Of a stretch of 64,000 bases of DNA, positions 9,913-20,034 are shown piece after piece. The stretch lies in the NCBI GenBank assembly GCA_934086185.1, contig CAKOHW010000005.1, positions 23,576 through 87,575 of the forward strand, in the 5' to 3' direction. The translations under genes and the position numbers were made by a program. The DNA comes from an uncultured Bacilli bacterium. Lineage in GTDB: Bacteria > Bacillota_I > Bacilli_A > RF39 > UBA660. Numbering within the stretch: position 1 is the first letter of the stretch; every line of letters begins with the position of its first letter. The notes beneath the pieces were generated by a model. It saw nothing but the letters and a program-made list of their open reading frames with translations. It was not told where the DNA came from and ran no database searches.

Positions 9913-12900
9913 ATGCCAAAATGGACTGAAGAACAAGAATTAGCAATTAGTGAAAGTGGTAAAAACATTATAGTTTCAGCTGGTGCTGGTAGTGGTAAAA
10001 CTGCTGTATTAACTGAAAGAGTTATTCGTAAATTAATGTCTGGTATAAGTATTAAGAATATGTTAATTTTAACATTTACAAATAATGCTGCTCATGAAAT
10101 GAAAGAAAGAATACGTATTTCTATAAAAGAAGCTTGTGAATCTTATCCTAGTTTAAAAGATGAATTGAATTTTATAGATAATGCATATATTACTACTTTT
10201 GATTCTTTTGCACTTAGTATTGTTAAAAAATATCATTATTTACTTGGTATTGGTAAAGATATATCAATTGTTGATTCTAGTATTATAGATTTAAAAAAAG
10301 AAGAATTATTAGATAATATCTTTGAAAAAAATTATAAAAATAAAGATAGTAATTTTTTAAAATTAGTAGATTTATTATGTGTAAAAGATGATAATAATTT
10401 AAAACAAATGTTAATAGATATTAATAATAAAATTGATTTAGTAATTGATAAAAATAATTTTTTTGATAATTATATTAATGAACATTATAATGATAATTTT
10501 GTAAATAATATTTTAAAAGATTATGAGAATTTGTTAAAAGAGAAAATTAGAAATATTAAAATTATGTTAAATGATTTATCTAGTGAAGTAGATGGAAAAT
10601 ATATAGATGAATATTATAAAGAATTAAATAATTTATTAGTATCCGATGATTACACTAGTATTAAAAATAACGTAGCAAATATTAAATTATCTCCATTAAG
10701 AAATTCTACAGAGTTAGGTAAAAATATTAAGAGTCTTATTACTAGTACTATTAAAGATATAAATAACATGTGTTATCATTCTAAAGATGAAATAATTAAA
10801 AATATATATGATACTAGAGATTATGTTGTTGCTATAATAGATATTTTAAAAGAATTAGATAAACAAATTCATTATTATAAATTATCAATAAATAAATATG
10901 AATTTAATGATATTAGTATGATGGCTATAGATATAGTTAAAAATAATGAAGATGTTAGATTGGAACTAAAAAATAGTTTTCATGAAATATGTGTAGATGA
11001 ATATCAAGATACTAGTGATATACAAGAGGAATTTATAAATTTAATATGTAATAATAATGTTTATATGGTGGGTGATATAAAACAAAGTATATATAGATTT
11101 AGAAACGCTAATCCTATTTTGTTTAAAAATAAGTATGATAATTATTCTAATAATAATGGTGGTATGAAAATTGATCTAAATAAGAACTTTAGAAGTAGAT
11201 TTGAAGTATTAGATGATATTAATATTATATTTAATCTTATTATGGATAATTATATTGGTGGAGCTGAATACAGCGTTAGTCATAATATGATATTTGGTAA
11301 CACTACTTATATTAATGAAGGTAAAACAAAACAAAATAATAATTTAGATATATATAATTATGAATATGATAAAAATATTGGCTTTAAACAAGAAGAAATA
11401 GAAGCGTTTATTATTGCTAATGACATAAAAAATAAAGTAAATAATAAATATCAAGTATTTGATAAAAATAAGAAAGTTCTTAAAGATATTAAGTATAGTG
11501 ATTTTGTTATATTGATGGATAGAACTACTAACTTTGATTTGTATAAAAAGATATTTGAATATTTAAATATTCCTACTACTTTATATAAAGATGATAATAT
11601 AATTAATGAAACAGAACTGTATTTAATAAAGAATATTATTAGTTTAATTATCAAAATTAAAAATAAAGAGTTTGATACTGAGTTTAAATATTTATTTATT
11701 AGTATATCTAGAAGTTATTTGTGTGATTTAAATGATAGTGATATATTTGAAATAATAAAGAACAATAAATATAATGAAACTACAGTATATAAAAAATGTT
11801 ATGAAATAAGTGTTGATGTTGATAGTATTAGCAACAAAGATGTTTTAGAACGTATAATAGATAGTTTTGATATATATAATAAGTTTATAAACGTTGGTAA
11901 TATAGATAATAAAACTATGATAATTAATTTTATATATAAAACTCTTAGTGATATGGATAATATAGGTTATGGAATTAATGATATAAAGGAATATTTTGAT
12001 AGTTTAATTAAGAAAAATAAACAAATTAAAATTAATATGAATAGTAATGATAGTGATACTGTTAAAATAATGACTATACATAAATCTAAAGGTTTGGAAT
12101 ATCATATATGTTATTTTTCAGGATTTGATAAACCTTTTAATCTTGGAGATTTAAAAGCAAGAATAATATATGATAATAATTATGGAATTATTGTTCCTGT
12201 AAATAATGAAGGATTAGATGAAATAATAACAAAAGAATTAGTTAAAGATAATTATATTAAAGAAGATATAAGTGAAAGAATACGTTTATTATATGTTGCT
12301 CTTACACGTGCTAAAGAAAAGATGATTATTGTAGGTAATTTTAATAAAGAAGTTAATTGTGAGTTAGAAAGTAATGGTGTCATATTAAATAGAGATAGAA
12401 TACAATATAGAAGTTTTAAAGATATTATTTTATCTATTAAACCTAAAATAGAAAAATATTTTGTTGATATTAATTTAGAAGATATTAATTTAAGTCATGA
12501 TTATAATGATGTTAAATCATATAATTATGAAAATGTAATAAATGATAGTGATGTTGTTATTAAAACTCATAATATAAATGTGGAAAAAGAATTAGTTATT
12601 AACAAACATTTTAGTAAAGTAAGTGAAGATATTTTATCACAAGATAGTAAGAATAATATGGAATTAGGTATATATTTACATGAACTTTTTGAAAGTATAG
12701 ATTTTAAGAATCCTGATTATAGTGATTTGAATGATAATGAGATTGATTATATAAATAAGTTCTTAAGTCATGAAATTGTTAAAAATATTAATAATGCTAA
12801 AATATATAAAGAATATGAGTTTATTTTTGAAGAAGATAATGTTAAATATCATGGAATTATTGATTTAATGTTAGAGTATGATGATTATATTGATATTATT

Positions 12901-13041
12901 GATTATAAATTAAAAAATACTTCCAGTGATGAGTATGTTAAACAGTTAAATGGTTATAAAGAATATATAGAAAGAAGTTTTGATAAAAAAGTTAATTTAT
13001 ATTTATATAGTATTTTAGATGACAGTTTTTTTGCATTATAA
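9913..13041 (+). CDS. addA: Helicase-nuclease complex subunit AddA (UvrD-like helicase plus C-terminal RecB nuclease)
   Basis: Walker A AGAGSGKTAVL, motif VI LLYVALTRAKEK, and nuclease motif GIIDLMLEYDDYIDIIDYKLK. ATG at 9913 follows AAGGTGA. Confidence 0.85.
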   Translation: MPKWTEEQELAISESGKNIIVSAGAGSGKTAVLTERVIRKLMSGISIKNMLILTFTNNAAHEMKERIRISIKEACESYPSLKDELNFIDNAYITTFDSFALSIVKKYHYLLGIGKDISIVDSSIIDLKKEELLDNIFEKNYKNKDSNFLKLVDLLCVKDDNNLKQMLIDINNKIDLVIDKNNFFDNYINEHYNDNFVNNILKDYENLLKEKIRNIKIMLNDLSSEVDGKYIDEYYKELNNLLVSDDYTSIKNNVANIKLSPLRNSTELGKNIKSLITSTIKDINNMCYHSKDEIIKNIYDTRDYVVAIIDILKELDKQIHYYKLSINKYEFNDISMMAIDIVKNNEDVRLELKNSFHEICVDEYQDTSDIQEEFINLICNNNVYMVGDIKQSIYRFRNANPILFKNKYDNYSNNNGGMKIDLNKNFRSRFEVLDDINIIFNLIMDNYIGGAEYSVSHNMIFGNTTYINEGKTKQNNNLDIYNYEYDKNIGFKQEEIEAFIIANDIKNKVNNKYQVFDKNKKVLKDIKYSDFVILMDRTTNFDLYKKIFEYLNIPTTLYKDDNIINETELYLIKNIISLIIKIKNKEFDTEFKYLFISISRSYLCDLNDSDIFEIIKNNKYNETTVYKKCYEISVDVDSISNKDVLERIIDSFDIYNKFINVGNIDNKTMIINFIYKTLSDMDNIGYGINDIKEYFDSLIKKNKQIKINMNSNDSDTVKIMTIHKSKGLEYHICYFSGFDKPFNLGDLKARIIYDNNYGIIVPVNNEGLDEIITKELVKDNYIKEDISERIRLLYVALTRAKEKMIIVGNFNKEVNCELESNGVILNRDRIQYRSFKDIILSIKPKIEKYFVDINLEDINLSHDYNDVKSYNYENVINDSDVVIKTHNINVEKELVINKHFSKVSEDILSQDSKNNMELGIYLHELFESIDFKNPDYSDLNDNEIDYINKFLSHEIVKNINNAKIYKEYEFIFEEDNVKYHGIIDLMLEYDDYIDIIDYKLKNTSSDEYVKQLNGYKEYIERSFDKKVNLYLYSILDDSFFAL

Positions 13042-13164
13042 AAGAAGTTAGTTTTGATGTAAACTTTGTTAGAGAAACATCGTTGCTGTTAACTTCTTTT
13101 TTTCATTAAATATTTTAATAATAAAAGGAAATACAAATTTTTTCATAATAATATATATTGAAGG

Positions 13165-14598
13165 ATGTATATTATGAATGATGAAATATTTAAAATTGAT
13201 GGATATAGTTTAGACAAGTATCAAATAGAGTGTGTTAAAGAAAATAAAAATTTGTTAGTAGTTGCTGGTGCTGGTTGTGGTAAAACAAGTACTATTTTGG
13301 GTAAAGTTAAATATTTAATACATAATAATATTAAAGAAGATGAAATACTTTGTATAAGTTTAACTAATGAAGCTACTAATGGATTAAAAAATAAATTATT
13401 AAATATTGGTATTAATGTTCATTGTTATACTTTTCATAAGTTGGGTTTAAATATAATAAATAGATATTACAATGAAGTTACAATTTATGATAATAGATAT
13501 TTAGAATATATTGTTAATGAATATTTTTTAAGTATTGTTAAATATAGTTATAGAAAGTATTATATTATGGTTTTATTTAAAAGATTTAATTATAATGATA
13601 TCGTAAATAGTAAAGATTTTTTGATATATAAAAAGAATATTGTTACATTTATAAATTTGTTAAAAAATAAAGGACTAGATACAGATTTTATATATAATAA
13701 ATATAAGAATAGTGTCAATAAAATTACATATAAGTTTATATTAGAAATATATAGAATTTATGAAAATGAATTAAATAGTTCTAATAGTATTGATTTGAAT
13801 GATATGATTATAAAGGCAGAAAAATTAGTAAATAAGTATCATTTAAAATTAAAATATAAGTATATAATAATTGATGAATTTCAAGATAGTAGTAAAATAC
13901 GTTTGAATTTGATTAGGAGTATTATAAAATATAATAATGCTAAAATTATGTGTGTTGGAGATGATTATCAGAGTATTTATAGATTTGCTGGTAGTGATAT
14001 AGAAATATTTTTAAAGTTTAAAGATTATTTTGTTGATAGCAAAATTATGTATTTAAAAAATACTTATAGAAATAGTAAAGAGTTATTATATGTTAGTAAT
14101 AAATTTATTTGTAAAAACAAATATCAATTTAAAAAAGAATTATTTAGTAATAAAAGTAATAGTAAACCAATTAAAATATATTATTCTAGTAACCTGATAT
14201 ATGGTCTTAAAAAATTAATTAGTATTGTCAAAAATAATTATATGATTATTGGCAGGAATAATAATGATATAAAATATTATGTTGATAAGTTTTGTGATGT
14301 TAACAGTATTAATTATTATACCGCTCATAAATCTAAAGGATTAGAAAGTGATAATGTTATATTAATTAATCTATGTGATGATATTATGGGTTTTCCTAGT
14401 AAAATTAAAAATAATAAAATAATAAAGAGTTTGTTTGATAAAGAATTATATAAGTATGATGAAGAAAGAAGATTGTTTTATGTAGCGTTAACTCGTACTA
14501 AGAATAGTGTATTTATGTTAATAGATAAAAATAATATGTCTGTATTTGTTAAAGAAGTTATTAGAGATTATAAGAATTATATAGAATTTATACAATAA
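13165..14598 (+). CDS. Compact UvrD/Rep-family DNA helicase (477 aa)
   Basis: Walker A GAGCGKTST, DEFQD Walker B, and motif VI RLFYVALTRTKNSV. Confidence 0.65.
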   Translation: MYIMNDEIFKIDGYSLDKYQIECVKENKNLLVVAGAGCGKTSTILGKVKYLIHNNIKEDEILCISLTNEATNGLKNKLLNIGINVHCYTFHKLGLNIINRYYNEVTIYDNRYLEYIVNEYFLSIVKYSYRKYYIMVLFKRFNYNDIVNSKDFLIYKKNIVTFINLLKNKGLDTDFIYNKYKNSVNKITYKFILEIYRIYENELNSSNSIDLNDMIIKAEKLVNKYHLKLKYKYIIIDEFQDSSKIRLNLIRSIIKYNNAKIMCVGDDYQSIYRFAGSDIEIFLKFKDYFVDSKIMYLKNTYRNSKELLYVSNKFICKNKYQFKKELFSNKSNSKPIKIYYSSNLIYGLKKLISIVKNNYMIIGRNNNDIKYYVDKFCDVNSINYYTAHKSKGLESDNVILINLCDDIMGFPSKIKNNKIIKSLFDKELYKYDEERRLFYVALTRTKNSVFMLIDKNNMSVFVKEVIRDYKNYIEFIQ

Positions 14599-14618
14599 AA
14601 AAATAAACTTATATAAGC

Positions 14619-15938
14619 TTATTTTTTAACTAATTCTTTATATTTATTACCTTTTTCTTCAAAGTTTTTAAAGGCATTATAACTTGGAGCTGCCGGAGAT
14701 AAAAGACAAGCAGTTTTAGTAACTTTTTTTGCTATATCTACCGCATCTTCTAATGTTTCTGCTTTATATACTTTTCCTTTTTTTATGTATGGAGCTAATT
14801 TATAGCCAGTATCTTTCATACATATAAAGTTATTTACATTAGAATTATTTAGATAATCAATTAATATTTGATAATCGATACCTCTATCTTGACCACCAAA
14901 TATTAGAGTATCAACGTCTTTATATGCTTCTAAACAATTAATTGTTGCTTCAGGAATTGTAGCGATGGAATCATTATAATATGTAATGTTATTAAATGTA
15001 CCTACTTGTTCCATTCTATGTTCTAAAGGTTTAAATGTATTTATAGTTTTTGTACATTTATTTAAGTCTAATTTAAGTAATATTGCAATATATATAACAA
15101 ATAATATGTTACTTAAATTATGTTTGCCTAATAATAATCTTTCAGCTTTTGTATCATATACTCTTATATTTTTATAATAAACATTATCATTTTTAATTGT
15201 AAATTCATTGTTGATATCAATTATATTTGAATTATAATTAGTTTTTGTAATATATTTCTTTGTATTTTCACAAGTAGATGTATATAGAGAATAATCATCA
15301 GTTGTTTGATACTTAAAAATATTTAATTTTGCTAAATGATATGCTTCTATAGTTTTATGATAGTTTAAATGATCTTCAAATAAATTTAATAATACAGATA
15401 TGTGTGGAGATAAATGTACTAAGTCTAATTGATAACTAGACATTTCTATTATTAAGATTGTATTTTCATTAATTTGATCTATATAATCAAATATTGGATT
15501 TCCTACATTGCCTAGTAATAAACAATCTTTATTTTGATCTTTTAATACTTTGTATAGTAAAGATGATGTTGTACTTTTACCTTTTGTTCCTGTTATACCT
15601 ATTATATTTTTTCTGTCAATTTCAAGAATTATTTCTATTTGTGAAGTTACTTTATTTAGATCAACTTTTGATTCTGGTATTTTTATTCCAGGTGATTTTA
15701 TTATTATGTCATATTTATTTAAGTTTTCTAAATAATCAGCACCTAAAACAAAATCAATATTTTTATCATCAGTAAATATTTCATCATTTTTGTTTAATTC
15801 TGTATTTTGGTCAATTATTGTAATTTTTTCATTTTTTAAATTGTTTCTTAAAAAATTATAAGAAGACTTTCCTTCTTTACCAAAACCTAATATTGCAATA
15901 TTTTTATTTTTAAATATTTCTATTATTTTATTTTTCAT
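14619..15938 (-). CDS. murD: UDP-N-acetylmuramoylalanine--D-glutamate ligase
   Basis: N-terminal GFGKEG Rossmann motif. Mur ligase P-loop GTKGKSTT. Length 439 aa. Confidence 0.75.
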   Translation of the reverse strand: MKNKIIEIFKNKNIAILGFGKEGKSSYNFLRNNLKNEKITIIDQNTELNKNDEIFTDDKNIDFVLGADYLENLNKYDIIIKSPGIKIPESKVDLNKVTSQIEIILEIDRKNIIGITGTKGKSTTSSLLYKVLKDQNKDCLLLGNVGNPIFDYIDQINENTILIIEMSSYQLDLVHLSPHISVLLNLFEDHLNYHKTIEAYHLAKLNIFKYQTTDDYSLYTSTCENTKKYITKTNYNSNIIDINNEFTIKNDNVYYKNIRVYDTKAERLLLGKHNLSNILFVIYIAILLKLDLNKCTKTINTFKPLEHRMEQVGTFNNITYYNDSIATIPEATINCLEAYKDVDTLIFGGQDRGIDYQILIDYLNNSNVNNFICMKDTGYKLAPYIKKGKVYKAETLEDAVDIAKKVTKTACLLSPAAPSYNAFKNFEEKGNKYKELVKK

Positions 15939-17271
15939 ATTTATTTAACTCCTCTTTTAAAAGATTATCAAAATAGTTTGGTAAGTTATTTTCTTTGTTA
16001 TAATTATTTAATAGATTATTTTCTAAGTCTTCTAGTTGGTAGTTATCTTTATAATATTGTAATAGATATGGCAATTTATCTAATTCAGTTATTAACTTAG
16101 TTATTGCGTATCTTATTTCTTCATATGTACCTACGCATTCAAATGGTTTATTATTTCCATAACCTATTAAATCAATAAATGTACTTAATAATTCTTTTTT
16201 TTCGTATAAATCTTCACCAAAAATGTCAATTAATTTATCTTTGTATAAGAATGGACTTAACATAATAAATACAAATAAACATTTAGGACAATTATTACAC
16301 CACATCCATGGTTCTTTTTTACTTCCTACATTGCAACTTCTAAATATTTTATGATATTTATCATAATGAGAAAATAAGTAAGCAATTTGATATTCAGAAA
16401 GTGGTCTTAATAAACTAAAGTATTTAATATCTATTTTAAAATATGTTTTTGTATAGTTATTAAAGTCATTTTCGAACTCATATGTTTTTGAGTATTGGTG
16501 ATTTACTTTGGTACCTTCTACATTTGATTCATTTGCACTAGATTCATTAGATAATACAATGTATTTTTTATTATTTGTATATGCAGATAAGTATGATATA
16601 AATGCTACTAAAGAACTAAATGGAGTATGACCATTAATGAAACCTTCTTTATTTAAATCTAATAGTTTTTTATCTAATACTCTTTTTACTATAATTGTTT
16701 TATCACTAGTATATCCGGCATAAGAAGCACAATTTAAATTTGCACTTTTAGGATTAATCATAAATACACTATTATTTTCATTTTTGAGTATTTCTAACGT
16801 AACATTAGAATCTTTTCCTCCACCTACTGGTATTAGGTTACCATTTCCATTATATTTTGGAATAGTTATATTCTCATTTTTATGTGTACATTTAATATTC
16901 ATAAAATCTTCATATTCAACTTTTATTCCGTTTGTATAAAATAATTCACCTAAGCCATAATAGTAAAGTTTTTTGAAAAATTTTATTTGTTCTTCATTAA
17001 TATATCCGGCTTCTATTATAACATTCTTACTACAAGTACATTTCCAATAACTAATTAATTCTACTAAACCTATATGAAATATTAAATATTTTGTAAAATC
17101 ATTTATTTCGAATTTATCTAAAACTAAAGTTGGGTAAAAATTTGTTAAATTAGGAATATTAAATTCATAAGTTATTTTTGTTTTATTTTCTAAGTCTTCT
17201 ATTTTATAATCTTTGTATATAAAAGTATTATATTTGTTAGATAAATCATTATATATATCCATAGATACCAC
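15928..17271 (-). CDS. Uncharacterised PP-loop (AANH superfamily, WbuX/PseA-like) ATP-pyrophosphatase-type protein, translationally coupled to murD
   Basis: PP-loop PVGGGKDS. C-terminal Cys cluster SCNVGSKKEPWMWCNNCPKC. Its stop overlaps the murD start by 11 nt. Confidence 0.5.
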   Translation of the reverse strand: MVSMDIYNDLSNKYNTFIYKDYKIEDLENKTKITYEFNIPNLTNFYPTLVLDKFEINDFTKYLIFHIGLVELISYWKCTCSKNVIIEAGYINEEQIKFFKKLYYYGLGELFYTNGIKVEYEDFMNIKCTHKNENITIPKYNGNGNLIPVGGGKDSNVTLEILKNENNSVFMINPKSANLNCASYAGYTSDKTIIVKRVLDKKLLDLNKEGFINGHTPFSSLVAFISYLSAYTNNKKYIVLSNESSANESNVEGTKVNHQYSKTYEFENDFNNYTKTYFKIDIKYFSLLRPLSEYQIAYLFSHYDKYHKIFRSCNVGSKKEPWMWCNNCPKCLFVFIMLSPFLYKDKLIDIFGEDLYEKKELLSTFIDLIGYGNNKPFECVGTYEEIRYAITKLITELDKLPYLLQYYKDNYQLEDLENNLLNNYNKENNLPNYFDNLLKEELNKYEK

Positions 17272-17550
17272 TCCAATATAATTATACTATATTATAATAC
17301 TTTTTAATAATAATTTAATTTTTATTTACGATATATTACTTAAAAAAAATAAAAAAGAGCCTTAGTTAGACTCTTTTTAGTATATCCAGTCGACGAAATA
17401 TACTACCTACATAAAATATAAACTTTATGCATAATTACATTATACTATTAAAAATGAAGAAAATAAAAAATTTGTTCTAAAAAAGCCTTTTTAGGTATTA
17501 AATGTTTAAATTTGTTGAAAATAACGCTTTTTTCTTATGTTAGACACTTT

Positions 17551-18789
17551 TTAATGCTTTTTATACAGTATATCTACATCTACATTTCCTTCTATTCCAT
17601 TAACATGGCCTATATTAGTCATTTGCCATATTTTATAATTCCCTTGATAGTTTGTTGCATCAGTATAATGTGCTAACCAAATAGTCTTATCATTATTTAA
17701 CCAAATATTTTCTAAATATGTTTTGCTACTATATAACATTCCTTTATATCCATGTTTTTCTACTGTATCTATAAATGTTTCTGCAAGACTAGTTAGACCA
17801 AAAAAACTTAAATTATATTCATTGAAATTTGACCATTCTTCCCAATCAAATGCTATTGGTAAATCTATATCATATTTTTTTATTTGTTTTATAACCCATA
17901 AAGCATTTTCTTTTGCTTCTTTAGTAGTTGATGCATATGAATAAAAGTATAAACCAACTTTAATATTATTTTCTTTTGCATTTTTTATATTGTTTTTGAA
18001 TTCACTATCCAAAAAATATTCGCCGTTTCTTCCTTTTGTACCACCTACACGTAGAATTACAAATTCTACGTTTTCTTCTTTTAATTTTTTAAAATCTACA
18101 CTACCTTGCCATTCAGAAATATCTAATCCAATGCTTGTATCATCTGTTTTGTATTTTTCAACTATATCTTTAAATTCAATATGAGTATCTTCTTTTTTAT
18201 TATCTGTTGATTTAGAATTAGATGGTGTTGGTTCATAGACACTTAATGTAAAATCTTTAGTTGTTTTATTTCCACTTCTATCAGTTGATGAAAACGTTAA
18301 TTGATATTTTCCCACCTTAGACATATCATATTCACCTTCAATAGTACATTTTGGTTTATTATCTTCATTATCTCCACAAAGTATCTTTTTTTCTAAATTA
18401 AATTCACTATTTACTGGATAACTATAATAACTTCCTATCCATGCGATTGGTGGAGTTGTATCTACGACTGTTATATCATATGAATATTTTAATTTGATAT
18501 TTTGTTCATTTATATATTCGAAATTTACAGTTTTTTTACCTAGTTTATTAGAATCAATTATATAATCATTTATTATTGTTCCATTTATTGATTTTATATA
18601 ATCTGATACTTTTTTCTTTGTATTAAATTCTAATGTTAAATCATCGTTTAATTCAATATTTATAATTGCATTTTTTATTCTTATATATTGATATATTTTT
18701 ATTGAACAAAATGTTGTTATAATTAGGCATACTATTATAATTATTATTTTTATTGTTTTTTTATTCATATTATTTCTCCTTATATACAT
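17551..18789 (-). CDS. Membrane-anchored GH25 muramidase (lysozyme) with DUF5011-like Ig domains
   Basis: N-terminal TM segment. GH25 signature GLDISEWQG...VEFVILRVG. Confidence 0.75.
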   Translation of the reverse strand: MYIRRNNMNKKTIKIIIIIVCLIITTFCSIKIYQYIRIKNAIINIELNDDLTLEFNTKKKVSDYIKSINGTIINDYIIDSNKLGKKTVNFEYINEQNIKLKYSYDITVVDTTPPIAWIGSYYSYPVNSEFNLEKKILCGDNEDNKPKCTIEGEYDMSKVGKYQLTFSSTDRSGNKTTKDFTLSVYEPTPSNSKSTDNKKEDTHIEFKDIVEKYKTDDTSIGLDISEWQGSVDFKKLKEENVEFVILRVGGTKGRNGEYFLDSEFKNNIKNAKENNIKVGLYFYSYASTTKEAKENALWVIKQIKKYDIDLPIAFDWEEWSNFNEYNLSFFGLTSLAETFIDTVEKHGYKGMLYSSKTYLENIWLNNDKTIWLAHYTDATNYQGNYKIWQMTNIGHVNGIEGNVDVDILYKKH

Positions 18790-18854
18790 TCTTTTAATAT
18801 TTTATATTATATCATAAAGTTAGTATGTTATAATTTATTTTAGGTGGTAAATTT

Positions 18855-19370
18855 ATGACAAGCAGTATAATATATAATGATAATAATATATCTGATAATG
18901 AAATAACACGTGTTGTTAAAAGAGCAAAAGTATTAATTGAGAATTATAATAATGAGATTGCTATTGCTTATTCACATAATAATTATTTTTTTATTGGTGG
19001 TCATGTTGAAAATGATGAAGATGATTTTGTATGTTTAGATAGAGAAATAAAGGAAGAAACCGGAATATATTTACCATTAAATAATATAAAACGTTTTTTT
19101 GAAATAGTATATTATAATAAAGATTATCCTAATAAAGGTGACTATAGTAAGTATATAAGTACATATTATTATTTAAAGTATGATTTGAATGTCGATATGA
19201 ATAATATGAATTTAACCGATGATGAAATAGATGGTAATTTTAAAGTTTGTTTTATTGATAAAGATAAAATAATAGATGTTGTAAAAAATAGTCTTAAAAC
19301 TTGTACTAGAGAAAATGTTGTAAAAGATACTATTAATGTTTTAGAATATTATTTAAATAATAGATTATAA
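18855..19370 (+). CDS. NUDIX hydrolase
   Basis: Nudix box GGHVENDEDDFVCLDREIKEETGI. Confidence 0.7.
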   Translation: MTSSIIYNDNNISDNEITRVVKRAKVLIENYNNEIAIAYSHNNYFFIGGHVENDEDDFVCLDREIKEETGIYLPLNNIKRFFEIVYYNKDYPNKGDYSKYISTYYYLKYDLNVDMNNMNLTDDEIDGNFKVCFIDKDKIIDVVKNSLKTCTRENVVKDTINVLEYYLNNRL

Positions 19371-19389
19371 ATATAAAAAAGTATATTTT

Positions 19390-19908
19390 CTATAATTTGA
19401 ATAGTATAGTATAGAAAAATATACTTGCATATTTATAAACTTTTTTTGTAGATAGTAATTTTAATATGTAATTTTTGGTTTCTTTTAGTGCACAATATTT
19501 ATCAACTAAAGTTAAAATAATGCCTTCTCTTGTTTTAGGAATAGATATAGTTACAGGCCACATATGGTTTGTTATTATATCTTTTTCTTTATCGTTTAAA
19601 GAAAATATTTTGCATGCGTTAATGTATGCTATTTTTCCATGGGCAAATGCATGTAATTTACGTGTCTTATCTTTTACATGCCAATCATATAAATAAAAAT
19701 CATGAAGCATTGCTGCTCTTGTTGCAGATTTATAATCTAATTTTAATTTTTTACATATTTTATAACAATAATAGGCTGCATTATAACAATGTTCATATGT
19801 AGATGTGTCACAATGTTGTAAATATAATTTCATTTCTTGCACTTTACTGTTTGTTATAATTTCATTAATTATGTTATTAAATTCTTTTTTATTTGATATC
19901 TGTTTCAT
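19390..19908 (-). CDS. HD-domain phosphohydrolase (small, 172 aa)
   Basis: H...HD...H pattern (MLHDFYLYDWH). Confidence 0.55.
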   Translation of the reverse strand: MKQISNKKEFNNIINEIITNSKVQEMKLYLQHCDTSTYEHCYNAAYYCYKICKKLKLDYKSATRAAMLHDFYLYDWHVKDKTRKLHAFAHGKIAYINACKIFSLNDKEKDIITNHMWPVTISIPKTREGIILTLVDKYCALKETKNYILKLLSTKKVYKYASIFFYTILFKL

Positions 19909-20034
19909 TGGTTGCTCCTTAAAAAATAATAAATCTTCTATAAAATTTATATTCTAATTATAGTATATAGTAATACTATTGTTTTAAAAAAATTATTATA
20001 TTTATTTTTTATAGTTTACGTAAACTAATTGGTT

